From Myxococcales bacterium (GTDB taxonomy: Bacteria > Myxococcota_A > Bradymonadia > UBA7976 > UBA1532), in assembly GCA_002731825.1 (NCBI GenBank), contig PCCS01000006.1, forward strand, positions 185,755 to 249,754: a stretch of DNA of 64,000 nucleotides. The letters run 5' to 3'. Below, piece by piece: positions 41,373 through 50,626 of the stretch (the first letter of the stretch is position 1; each line of letters begins with the position of its first letter). The notes beneath the pieces are model-generated. The model was not told the DNA's origin. It did no database searches and saw only the letters and a list, made by a program, of their open reading frames with translations. Made by a program: the position numbers and the translations under genes.

Positions 41373-42758
41373 TTGAACGACATGGTTATCCAATCCACAT
41401 CGACATCAAGCCCACTGTCGGTCTCCGAACTTACGGCCAAGATTAAGACAAGCCTAGAAGAGGCTTTCGACTATGTGGTGGTCGAAGGTGAATTGAGTGG
41501 ACTTAATGCTCATAGAAGCGGCCATGTCTACCTCACTATTAAAGACGAAAACGCTCGCATCGACGGCATCGTATGGCGAAGTACAGTTCAGCGTTTGCGT
41601 TATAAACCCCAGTCAGGTGAGCACATACTCGTCAAAGGTCGTTTGAATGTGTATGCGCCTCAGGGCAGTTACAAACTGATTATTGATTCAATTGAACCCG
41701 TTGGACTTGGCCGTCTACAAGCCCAATTCGAAGCGCTTAAAGCAAAATTAGACTCTGAAGGCCTTTTCGACACGATGCGCAAACGGCCTATTCCTCTCTT
41801 GCCTCGTGCAGTTGGTCTGGTCACGAGCGCGACTGGAGCTGCTCGTCGTGATGTCGAATCGGTCATTCAGCGTCGGTCGCCTCAGATCCCAATTGTGATT
41901 TGTCCTGCATCTGTTCAGGGCGATCGTGCTGTCGATGAAATTGTTCGAGCAATTCGAACACTCAATGGACACGCCGCTGTCGATGTAATTATCGTTGGTC
42001 GGGGGGGCGGAAGTTTAGAAGATCTTTGGGCCTTTAATGACGAAAAGGTTGCTCGAGCGATCGCCACATCGAGCCGTCCTGTAATTAGTGCTGTCGGCCA
42101 TGAAACAGACACCACGATCGCTGATTTCGTGTCCGATTGCCGAGCACCCACTCCATCTGCCGCAGCCGAGCTGGCCGTCCCGGTGCGAGATGACCTCTTG
42201 TATTCATTAGACGTCCTTATGGAATCTATCCATCGACTTTTGACTCATCAAGTTAAGACGAATCGTAGCGGTCTGATTGCTCTTTCATATAGATTACGAT
42301 CCAGTGTTCATCCACAGCGGCTCAGACTGCCTATTCAGCGGCAAACGCAGCGTTTAAACCAAGCCTGTAGCAGACGTCTTTCTCAAAGCAAGCGCCGCAT
42401 TCGAGACCTTGAGAACCGGTTAATTCGACTTGAACCAAGAGTCCGGTTATCCCAATCGAGAAACCGATTGAATACCGTGTTGAATCGCTTAGATCGAGTG
42501 ATTGATTCGATTATCAAAACGGCCAATCAACAGCTCAACAATTCCGCTGTAAAACTCAGCGCACTGTCGCCCTTAGCCAATCTGAACAGAGGCTTCAGCA
42601 TCACACGTAAAGACGATCAGTTGATCAATAATGCGAGTCAGCTGAAGGTCAGCGATACAATTCGTATTTTGTTCGCAAACGGCATGATAGATGCGCATGT
42701 GACTGAAATACACTCTGATAATAAAAGTACCCTCACAGAATTCAAGGAATCTAAATGA
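41373..42758 (+). CDS. xseA: Exodeoxyribonuclease VII large subunit
   Basis: 461 aa with OB-fold N-terminus (VVEGELSGLNAHRSGHVYLTIKD), blocks VGLVTSATGAARRD and IIVGRGGGSLEDLWAFNDE, and a coiled-coil C-terminus. Confidence 0.95.
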   Translation: MNDMVIQSTSTSSPLSVSELTAKIKTSLEEAFDYVVVEGELSGLNAHRSGHVYLTIKDENARIDGIVWRSTVQRLRYKPQSGEHILVKGRLNVYAPQGSYKLIIDSIEPVGLGRLQAQFEALKAKLDSEGLFDTMRKRPIPLLPRAVGLVTSATGAARRDVESVIQRRSPQIPIVICPASVQGDRAVDEIVRAIRTLNGHAAVDVIIVGRGGGSLEDLWAFNDEKVARAIATSSRPVISAVGHETDTTIADFVSDCRAPTPSAAAELAVPVRDDLLYSLDVLMESIHRLLTHQVKTNRSGLIALSYRLRSSVHPQRLRLPIQRQTQRLNQACSRRLSQSKRRIRDLENRLIRLEPRVRLSQSRNRLNTVLNRLDRVIDSIIKTANQQLNNSAVKLSALSPLANLNRGFSITRKDDQLINNASQLKVSDTIRILFANGMIDAHVTEIHSDNKSTLTEFKESK

Positions 42759-42976
42759 GTAGCGAGCAAAGCGAAAACTTCGAAGACGTCTTACAAAAGC
42801 TAGAATCTCTCGTTCAGAGGTTGGAAGCAGGAGGTCTCCCTTTGGATGAAGCCTTAAAGCTCTACGAAGATGGTGTCAGACTCGCTCGTGCTGGAAACAC
42901 CTTATTGGAGGGGGCAGAAAATCGTGTCGAGGAGCTTCAGGCGACCCTCATTCGAGGGGACGAAGAGCAGACATGA
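42755..42976 (+). CDS. xseB: Exodeoxyribonuclease VII small subunit
   Basis: 73 aa with block FEDVLQKLESLVQRLEAGGLPLDEALKLYEDG. It overlaps xseA by 4 nt. Confidence 0.93.
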   Translation: MSSEQSENFEDVLQKLESLVQRLEAGGLPLDEALKLYEDGVRLARAGNTLLEGAENRVEELQATLIRGDEEQT

Positions 42977-43815
42977 CGAACTTGAGTCACACACTCGATA
43001 AGTATCGCATTGAATTTGAGTCTCGACTCCAAGCTGAGTTCGATAGTTGGGACCATTGGCCCGAGACCCTTCGAAAAGCATCTGCTCACAGTCTCTTTGG
43101 GGGTGGAAAGCGAGTACGGCCAATTCTTGCTTTTCTTATTGCCGCCTCGAGGGGGGCGAGTGTTGACGCTGTGTTTCCATGGGCGCTCGCCGTCGAGTTA
43201 ATTCACACCTACAGCTTAATCCATGACGATTTACCAGCGATGGATGACGATGAGATGCGTCGAGGTCGACCGACCTGCCATAAGGTTTTTGGTGAGGCCA
43301 ATGCAATTTTGGCCGGAGATGCGCTTCTCACCCAAGCTTTCTTGATTGTTGCAGGTCAAGTCCATGAGTCTCGGACGTCTCAATCCTTAGTCAAACTGTT
43401 GTCGGAGTCTGCTGGTGGAGCGGGCATGGTCGGCGGACAAATTTATGACATGAGCGGTCGATTGGAGGACCTTGACCAGATTCGCTCCATGCAGTCTTTG
43501 AAGACAGGGGCTTTGATTAGAGCCGCCATTGAAGGTACGGCAATCCTTCTTGACGTAGACTACGAAGACCAGCTCGTATATCGAAGCCTTGGTGACCAGA
43601 TTGGTTCACTCTTCCAGATTACAGACGATCTTCTCGACCTAGACGAAGATGGCAATGATGATGGTAAAAACCTCATCAATCACCTTTCCATTGCAGAAAT
43701 CGAGCGTTTGAGAGACCAGACAGCTGAATCAGCTCGGGCTAAACTCGAACGGCTGAGTGGCCAACATGATGACTTATTGGCTTTCATCGAGTTCATCCGA
43801 ATCAGGACCATATAG
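42973..43815 (+). CDS. ispA: (2E,6E)-farnesyl diphosphate synthase / polyprenyl synthetase
   Basis: 280 aa with first Asp-rich motif LIHDDLPAMDDDEMRRG and second motif FQITDDLLD. The classic xseB-ispA linkage is present. Confidence 0.92.
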   Translation: MTNLSHTLDKYRIEFESRLQAEFDSWDHWPETLRKASAHSLFGGGKRVRPILAFLIAASRGASVDAVFPWALAVELIHTYSLIHDDLPAMDDDEMRRGRPTCHKVFGEANAILAGDALLTQAFLIVAGQVHESRTSQSLVKLLSESAGGAGMVGGQIYDMSGRLEDLDQIRSMQSLKTGALIRAAIEGTAILLDVDYEDQLVYRSLGDQIGSLFQITDDLLDLDEDGNDDGKNLINHLSIAEIERLRDQTAESARAKLERLSGQHDDLLAFIEFIRIRTI

Positions 43816-44582
43816 TGGCCAAAATAAGGTTGGATGAGCTTCTCCTGAAAAGAGAATTGGTTGAGACCATCCAAGAAGCCAGGGCAAGAATCATGGCCGG
43901 TGAAATCATCGTTGGTGAAGGTCGTTTGGACAAGGCTGGTCTGCTCGTTGATGACGGTTCATCTGTTCGTGTCAGGAGTCGTAGACCGCAGAAATATGTG
44001 AGTCGAGGCGGGCTTAAGCTTGAAGGCGCCCTAAAGTCATTTGAACTAGACGTCAATGATCTAGTCTGCCTCGACTTGGGCGCATCCACCGGTGGTTTCA
44101 CTGATTGCTTGGTTCGTTCTGGTGCTCGGACTGTCTATGCTGTCGATGTTGGTTATGGTTTGTTGGATTGGTCTCTAAGGGGCAACCACAAAGTTGTTTG
44201 CCTAGAACGAACCCACGTAGCCGAATTGACGAAAGATCACATAAAAGAGTCCATTGACCTCGTTGTCGCCGACTTGTCTTTTAACTCCCTCATTCGCCTC
44301 ATTCCTCCAGTCTTACCACTGCTTAAAGCCCAGGCCTTTGCAGTGCTTCTCATCAAGCCACAATTCGAAGCTCGAAAAGATGAGGTTGGTGAAAGAGGCA
44401 TCGTGACCGACCCTGTGGTTCATAAGCGAGTTTGCGACGAAATTGTGCGTTCGATGGAAGGTCTGGGGGCTCGGGTGATTGGCTTGATTGAAAGCCCTAT
44501 TTTTGGGACCGGTGGAAATCGAGAATTTTTAATCGCACTTGATTTGGACTCGATTCGTTCGAATCTGCTTAAGGACGCCTAG
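43815..44582 (+). CDS. tlyA: TlyA-family rRNA 2'-O-methyltransferase (S4 + FtsJ domains)
   Basis: GTG start overlapping the ispA stop (TAGTG). S4-like N-terminus (RLDELLLKRELVETIQEARARIMAGEI) and SAM motif CLDLGASTGGFTDCL. Confidence 0.9.
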   Translation: MAKIRLDELLLKRELVETIQEARARIMAGEIIVGEGRLDKAGLLVDDGSSVRVRSRRPQKYVSRGGLKLEGALKSFELDVNDLVCLDLGASTGGFTDCLVRSGARTVYAVDVGYGLLDWSLRGNHKVVCLERTHVAELTKDHIKESIDLVVADLSFNSLIRLIPPVLPLLKAQAFAVLLIKPQFEARKDEVGERGIVTDPVVHKRVCDEIVRSMEGLGARVIGLIESPIFGTGGNREFLIALDLDSIRSNLLKDA

Positions 44583-45971
44583 ACTCAACAGAATCCATAC
44601 GGGTCCGTATTCTATGAACTTGGCCCATGGTTTTTCGATCCAGATGCCTGTTGCGAGGTATTGCGGTCTTGGCAGGTATGCGAGCCAACATAATAGACCC
44701 CAGACGATAAAAGCGTGTGCGAAGTGCTTGGTTTTTGTGCCAGCTGCCAGGCAGCAAATTGGAAGGACCCAGACTAAGTACCACGGGTGAACCATAGGTG
44801 ATACCAAGAGTAAGACGCCCATGAAAATCCACCAAGCCTCGAGTATTGAGTCGCATTTTCGAAATGCCCAAAGGGTGGCTATGCCAAGGATGACTAGAAC
44901 GCAGACTTTACTCATTGCAAAGGCTAACTGCGAGTTTGTCAGGGGAGTGACTGTATCTCCACCAACGAGTGTATATACGATGTTGGTCGCCCATGATGAA
45001 TTACGAATGACCTCTGAACTGATCGGCATACTCATTTCAGAGATGTAATAAATAATGGCAAAGAGGCCATCATTGCCCCGCCATTTGTGAGCAAATGCAA
45101 CAAGGCCTTTGGGATACGTTGCATATTGAAACGCAGACCAAACACAAAAGATAATGCCCACTGAGAGCACAGACCAAAAGAGTCGCTTATTCTGTCGAAA
45201 GATAAAGAGCAGTAGAATCACGGGTGCCAGTTTAATTCCGGCTGCCAACGTCAGCGAGACAGCTCCCAGCCAAAACCATTTCTTCTCTGAAAAATAAACG
45301 CCCGAGAGGAGAAGGGCGACCCCCACCGAGTCAATATGCCCTCCAACACTCGATTCCAGGCAAACCAAAGGCATAAATGCATATAAAGCTGAATAACCCG
45401 GATGTAATTGACGAGTTTCAGCAAGTTTCCAGATCATGAATATGCAGATGAGGTCGCCCAATATCATCATCGACCTCATGAGCAATTGGGACGGACCCAA
45501 GGTGGTTGCGAGGCAAAAAATAAGTTGGGCACCCGGTGGATAAATCGTCGGGATTTCCCTATGGCCGATTCGCTCTCGAATCATTGCAAGGTCGCTTGTC
45601 GAATTTAAGACATCGAGTCTTGAGTCATTCGGTGCATACGTATAAGGATTGATTTGATTCCAGCTTAAAGAACCATCCCATATATATCTCCATAGATCTT
45701 CCGACAGCAGGGGGGGGATCCCGAGGCCTGAAAAACGCACAAACGCAGCAAAAGCCAAAATGACCAACAACGTGATGTTTTTTCGTGGGAGCGTTTCTAT
45801 TTTTACCCACATTACGCAGAAGGGGATGGCCGCAAGCCCGTATCCGTAAATGAGTGCGTACTGAGTATTTAGCCCACTTGAGTTGGCCGAAAAGACCATC
45901 AACGATGGTACGAGGCCCGCTAAAACCCCGAATAAAATCGGAAGATAATCACGATATCGGTGATCTATCAT
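44529..45971 (-). CDS. GT-C-fold integral membrane glycosyltransferase (DUF2029/GT87-like)
   Basis: 480 aa with roughly 11-12 hydrophobic helices. The first extracytoplasmic loop has the acidic motif LLSEDLWRYIWDG, typical of polyprenyl-phosphate-sugar-dependent GT-C enzymes. It overlaps the GT2 gene by 4 nt. Confidence 0.7.
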   Translation of the reverse strand: MIDHRYRDYLPILFGVLAGLVPSLMVFSANSSGLNTQYALIYGYGLAAIPFCVMWVKIETLPRKNITLLVILAFAAFVRFSGLGIPPLLSEDLWRYIWDGSLSWNQINPYTYAPNDSRLDVLNSTSDLAMIRERIGHREIPTIYPPGAQLIFCLATTLGPSQLLMRSMMILGDLICIFMIWKLAETRQLHPGYSALYAFMPLVCLESSVGGHIDSVGVALLLSGVYFSEKKWFWLGAVSLTLAAGIKLAPVILLLFIFRQNKRLFWSVLSVGIIFCVWSAFQYATYPKGLVAFAHKWRGNDGLFAIIYYISEMSMPISSEVIRNSSWATNIVYTLVGGDTVTPLTNSQLAFAMSKVCVLVILGIATLWAFRKCDSILEAWWIFMGVLLLVSPMVHPWYLVWVLPICCLAAGTKTKHFAHAFIVWGLLCWLAYLPRPQYLATGIWIEKPWAKFIEYGPVWILLSLGVLKQIRTNRVQIKCD

Positions 45972-47476
45972 ATGGATTGTTGGGTTCGGATCGTCCGTCT
46001 TGCTTGTGCCCGGTTTTTAAACGATTGCTGGATGCTCTTCCACGCTGTGTATAGAAAGCCAAAGGCAAAAAGGCCCATGAAAGGCAAGGCTGGCCAGACC
46101 TGCTGTTTGAGGCAAAAGACAAATGTTTGCAGATAGATAAGCCCCAGCCCAATTTCGATTATACTGCCTAAGTCAAATTGGCTATTATAGCTTTGGTTGG
46201 CATTTGGACGGCTGCCTATCACATCGTCTTCTAAAGCTAACTTAGGGGTTCGAGCAAATGGACTTTGGTGTCCTACACACGCCTCTAATACAGCTCGGGT
46301 ATTATTGACAGCAAGGCCAATTCCGATGGCCATTGCCATAGGGATCTCAAGACATTTACGAATCAAACCAGTCTGGGTTTGCGCCTGACTGATAAAATAA
46401 AACACGAATATAGAGAGCGTTGCTCCAACGAAAACGGGTAGATCAAGATACAAGACTTCATGCCAGCCATGCTGGATACGAATGCGTATGGCCAAAGGCA
46501 TTAATAGAGACATCACGGCCAAAAGCACGTAGGCGAAGTTATTTGTGAGATGGAGAATGGCCTCGATTTTGACTCGCCATGTTTGTTCGCTCTTAATGAC
46601 CGCTTTCAACTGTTTTCTTGCGACTTGAATCGAGCCTTTTGCCCAGCGATGTTGCTGAGTCTTAAATGCGTTCATTTCCCCAGGTAGCTCCGCTGGCACG
46701 CTGAGGTCGCGCAGATAGATAAATTTCCAACCTTTAATTTGGGCTCTATAGGATAGGTCTAAGTCCTCTGTGATGGTGTCGTATTGCCACCCACCCGCAT
46801 CCAAAATACATGTCTTACGCCAAATACCAGCAGTGCCATTAAAGTTAAAAAATAGCCCCGAGCGATTGCGCGCAAAATGTTCGATTTGAAAATGACCATC
46901 TAACAGGATGGCTTGAGCTCGAGTCAGGAGCGATTGGGAGCGATTGATGTGTTCCCAACGGGCCTGAACCATGCCGACCTCGGTCGCGTCAAAGTGGCCC
47001 ATGATCCCCTTCAGGAAAGTGGTTTCTGGAATGAAATCAGCATCGAAGATGGCAATAAACTCACCCCGAGCGAGTTTCATACCGTAATCGAGGGCTCCGG
47101 CCTTAAATCCTTTTCGTTGGTCTCTTTGTATGTGGACAATATCAATGCCGCGGCGCTGCCATTCGGCAACCGCAGTCTGAATCAGACTTGAGGTATCATC
47201 ATCTGAATCGTCCAGTACCTGTATTTCCATGCGACCAGACGGGTAGTCTAGGCGACAAACATGGTCGATTAATCGTCGAACAACATACCGTTCGTTGTAG
47301 ATGGGCAATTGAACGGTTACCGTCGGATATTCCTCTAACGGAGAACCAATAGGATCAGAGGTGTGTCGATGCTTCAGTGTAAGCCTAAGTAAATGATATC
47401 TATGCAGTCCGAAAATGATGAGCATACCTAAAACGAAGAAGTGAATTACAAGTATTGTCACGTCGATTAAGTTCAT
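45968..47476 (-). CDS. Membrane-embedded family-2 glycosyltransferase, synthase-like (QxxRW)
   Basis: 502 aa with one N-terminal and about four C-terminal TM helices. Motifs QVLDDSDDDT, FDADF, TEDLDLSYRAQ and QQHRWAKGS. No PilZ domain. Confidence 0.85.
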   Translation of the reverse strand: MNLIDVTILVIHFFVLGMLIIFGLHRYHLLRLTLKHRHTSDPIGSPLEEYPTVTVQLPIYNERYVVRRLIDHVCRLDYPSGRMEIQVLDDSDDDTSSLIQTAVAEWQRRGIDIVHIQRDQRKGFKAGALDYGMKLARGEFIAIFDADFIPETTFLKGIMGHFDATEVGMVQARWEHINRSQSLLTRAQAILLDGHFQIEHFARNRSGLFFNFNGTAGIWRKTCILDAGGWQYDTITEDLDLSYRAQIKGWKFIYLRDLSVPAELPGEMNAFKTQQHRWAKGSIQVARKQLKAVIKSEQTWRVKIEAILHLTNNFAYVLLAVMSLLMPLAIRIRIQHGWHEVLYLDLPVFVGATLSIFVFYFISQAQTQTGLIRKCLEIPMAMAIGIGLAVNNTRAVLEACVGHQSPFARTPKLALEDDVIGSRPNANQSYNSQFDLGSIIEIGLGLIYLQTFVFCLKQQVWPALPFMGLFAFGFLYTAWKSIQQSFKNRAQARRTIRTQQSI

Positions 47477-47553
47477 TGGATGTGCTCAATGGGGGTTACA
47501 GATCCGAGAAGCTCGGTAATATAAGGGGGTACCTGGTTCGTGTCAACGAGGCC

Positions 47554-49476
47554 CTACTGAGTGCAGTTTATCCTCAAGTCGATCCGCGTCTCGGGTGGTG
47601 ATAAATCTTCATCAATTTCTAGCACGGTTGTACCGTAGACTTGGTCCTGACCACCGAGATCACAATCATCGAAGATCCCATTGGAATTGGCATCTTCGAA
47701 AACCGTCATTCGATAGTCTCCCGGTGGATAGCTCCCGATGCTAAAAGGGACATCTAAATTTTGCTCTCGAATCGAGATTGTTTCGGTCCATCCACCCGTC
47801 TCCGAAACCAAAAGAGACAGATCTTGCATCACTTGGCTCATTGAATCCGAATCGTCTACAACAAGAAGGACCTCTTGTTCTGCTTCATGACATTCGGCCG
47901 CAGGTGTCAGGACGAATGAGCCTAGGTTCGTAATGGCGTTTTCTGCGATATCAAAGGCAATGTCCTGGCTCACATAGCGGTCACCATATGTATCGGGTGT
48001 ACAAGAGTTGAGGAGTGCATCACGTGTTGTATCGACAAAAAAGCGTCCGTTGTATTGGCCTGGACTAAGTTGTTTTAAAAATTGGCTTGTTGCACCGATA
48101 TGGTCGTTATGATTATCGAAAATCGTAATGGTTTGCGAATCCCCAGATTGGTCTAATTTACTCACGTGCAAATTGACTCGTCTTCCGCTGCCGATCGGTC
48201 CACTTTCGCCCACAATTGTCAGTTCGCCGCGTACGGCACTTAGGCTCGCATTTTCGCACTCAATGACGTCGAGGAGGATCTCTCCGGCTCGACTAATTTC
48301 ATCTGTTTGAATCCGTACAGAGTCGAGAGCACCTGAAATTGCATCTAGGCCTCCGCCGACAGTATTACACGGACTGAAGAATCGATCTTCGTCTCGGTCG
48401 ATATAGGCCGTAATTCTCCACAGACCAGTTGGCACGCCGGTGACGGTGTAATTTAACGGTATATTCCGAGAGAAGATGTTTGTTGAGATTGGGACGTCGA
48501 TGGACTCAAAATTATCATCCAAAGAATATAAGTTAATCCACAGTGTCCCTTCCACAAGTTCGGTCACTGCTGATTGATTTGACTGATTTATTGGGATGTT
48601 CGAACCAAGTCCAATCGTACCGGAAACGCCGGTTAGTCGAGTCGGACATGTTGATGTCACAAACTCAAAAGGTGTTTCGATTTCATTGGTAAAACCATCG
48701 ACAAGGGTGACGGACACCGTGGGTGCAACATGTCTATCGGCTCCCCCAAAGAGCGCATCACAGGGTGTCGGATTAAAATCATTATCCTCGTCTGTGAACA
48801 AGTTTAGCTCATAGCTCCCAGGGAGAAACTCAGGGATTTGAAATCGAACAGAGTTGGTTTCAAAATCGTCGTATGGAATCACTTGAACTCTCAATACTGA
48901 ATCGTCTTGGCGATTTATGGCCGTCATTCTCAGCGGTGAGTCCGTCGGTATGGTCAGTCCTTCGATTGTCCCAATCATTTTAGTTTTCATCGCGCCGGGC
49001 CCGCATATACGGCGTTCAAAAGTCAATTCAATCGGGCTGGCGACAGGAAAAGTCACGGTTTTGACCCCTTGAACATTGTCAAAACTGTCTGCGGATTCCG
49101 TGGTCTTTATGTTCGATGGGAAAGGACAATCATCGAATTCTCCATCAGCGCGTCTGTCTAGAAAAGCGACGAGCCTATGAGAGCCTCTCAGTTTTTGTTC
49201 TGAGACGATTGTATGTGGCCATTCGTCGATAAACGGCACGTCGATTTTCATGACCATCTGGTCGGTCTCACTCTCAAAGAACAGGATCGTATAGGGCCCT
49301 GTGGCTGGACTATTAGAGAATGGAACATTGAGATCGATCACCAGACTCCACTCCTCTGGAGTGGATATCCCTCCGTCGCCCTTCACAACTATCGGAGGAG
49401 GCCTCAGGGAATTGTCAGGTCGATTGCATCCGGACGAACTCAAAAAAACGACTATCCAGAGTAAAGACGCGCTCAT
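47554..49476 (-). CDS. Lipoprotein built from five repeated Cys-pair/Asp-rich modules
   Basis: Lipobox LSSSGC after the ATG at 49476 (ORF open to 49515). Five modules of about 110-130 aa each contain a motif of the form h-F/Y-x-D-x-D/E/N-x-D/N-x-F-x2-3-C and a second Cys about 40 aa later. Confidence 0.7.
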   Translation of the reverse strand: MSASLLWIVVFLSSSGCNRPDNSLRPPPIVVKGDGGISTPEEWSLVIDLNVPFSNSPATGPYTILFFESETDQMVMKIDVPFIDEWPHTIVSEQKLRGSHRLVAFLDRRADGEFDDCPFPSNIKTTESADSFDNVQGVKTVTFPVASPIELTFERRICGPGAMKTKMIGTIEGLTIPTDSPLRMTAINRQDDSVLRVQVIPYDDFETNSVRFQIPEFLPGSYELNLFTDEDNDFNPTPCDALFGGADRHVAPTVSVTLVDGFTNEIETPFEFVTSTCPTRLTGVSGTIGLGSNIPINQSNQSAVTELVEGTLWINLYSLDDNFESIDVPISTNIFSRNIPLNYTVTGVPTGLWRITAYIDRDEDRFFSPCNTVGGGLDAISGALDSVRIQTDEISRAGEILLDVIECENASLSAVRGELTIVGESGPIGSGRRVNLHVSKLDQSGDSQTITIFDNHNDHIGATSQFLKQLSPGQYNGRFFVDTTRDALLNSCTPDTYGDRYVSQDIAFDIAENAITNLGSFVLTPAAECHEAEQEVLLVVDDSDSMSQVMQDLSLLVSETGGWTETISIREQNLDVPFSIGSYPPGDYRMTVFEDANSNGIFDDCDLGGQDQVYGTTVLEIDEDLSPPETRIDLRINCTQ

Positions 49477-49629
49477 CTTTACAGTATAGAGTTGTGGCTG
49501 GGCCTGGCTAATCATGATCCTGAACTCAAGTATTCTAAGTCGACTGAGTACAGGATACCCTGAAGCCTTGCAATTGAGCGAGTAGTTATGGGACTCACCT
49601 TTAACGGTGACAGTTGATCGGGCAAAATT

Positions 49630-50607
49630 ATGACAGTTTCTGGTGCCATTCTGGCCGCAGGTTTAGGAACAAGACTGAGACCCCTGACACACAGTCGCCC
49701 AAAGCCTTTAGTTCCCATAGCCGGCCGTCCACTCATCGATTATTGCATTGGTCATCTTACACGACTCGGTATTGAGACAATCGGAGTGAATTCCTACCAT
49801 CTTGCTGATCAGCTTTCCGATTATACATCAGAATTGAGACAGGACATTTACGTCGTTGAAGAAGGCACACTACAGGGGACTGGAGGTGGAATTAGGGAGA
49901 TTGCGAGCCATCGACCTTATTCCACCTTAGTCGTCATTAATGGCGATGCTTTGTTTGACTTCGACATCGCACCGGCTCTTGAAAAACACTATTCCAATGG
50001 CGCGATGGGAACACTTTTACTGCGGTATGTCGAACCCAGTGCCCCCTTCGGCCGAGTTGGAATCGATGGAAATGGTCGACTACACAGAATCGCTGAAATG
50101 GATGCTCCAGGTGCCGATTCATTGACCTTATTCTATGGAGCGTTTACAGGGGTTCAGATTATAGAACCGAGCTTAATAGACATGATTCCAAACGGCCCGT
50201 GCGACGTTCTACGGACCGCATATAAGACGGTCTTAGGCGATAAAGGGCCAATTTTTGGCCAATTTATGCGGCCAGATAGTCAGTGGATTGATGTGGGCAA
50301 TGTCGATCGGTATCTCGATGCTCATCGCCAAATTCTTGATGGATATTTTGCTGTGTCGCACTTGCCATGTGCTGATTCACAAGGTCGCAGGATCTCCGAG
50401 AAAGCTCGGGTTGCAAGCAGTGCTAAAATTATAGGTCCATGTGTGATCATGCCCGAAGCACAGATTGGAGACGGTGCTGTTGTGGGTCCCTATACCTTTG
50501 TTGACCGTGGGGCTGAGGTTTTGCCAAATATCGAGTTGAACAACACGGTTATCTGGCCCGGTGTGCGTGTGACTGATTCGATTTCAAACACGGTTTTATA
50601 CGGTTAA
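49630..50607 (+). CDS. Sugar-1-phosphate nucleotidyltransferase with a C-terminal left-handed beta-helix
   Basis: 325 aa with N-terminal signature ILAAGLGTRLRPLTHSRPKPLVPIAGRPLI and hexapeptide-like repeats at the C-terminus (IGDGAVVGPYTFVDRGAEV). Confidence 0.85.
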   Translation: MTVSGAILAAGLGTRLRPLTHSRPKPLVPIAGRPLIDYCIGHLTRLGIETIGVNSYHLADQLSDYTSELRQDIYVVEEGTLQGTGGGIREIASHRPYSTLVVINGDALFDFDIAPALEKHYSNGAMGTLLLRYVEPSAPFGRVGIDGNGRLHRIAEMDAPGADSLTLFYGAFTGVQIIEPSLIDMIPNGPCDVLRTAYKTVLGDKGPIFGQFMRPDSQWIDVGNVDRYLDAHRQILDGYFAVSHLPCADSQGRRISEKARVASSAKIIGPCVIMPEAQIGDGAVVGPYTFVDRGAEVLPNIELNNTVIWPGVRVTDSISNTVLYG

Positions 50608-50626
50608 ATTCGCGGCTCTAAGCTAT

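Noticed and set aside
41373-44582. xseA-xseB-ispA followed by tlyA instead of the commonly linked dxs.
   Set aside because: This is a simple synteny variation among housekeeping genes. All four are motif-supported and tightly packed, and nothing suggests novelty.
45535-45543. DnaA-box-like sequence ggtggataa (8 of 9 to TGTGGATAA), and the idea that oriC lies in this origin-proximal window.
   Set aside because: It is a single imperfect box inside the GT-C coding region. I found no cluster of DnaA boxes and no AT-rich unwinding element in any intergenic region. oriC is probably outside the window.
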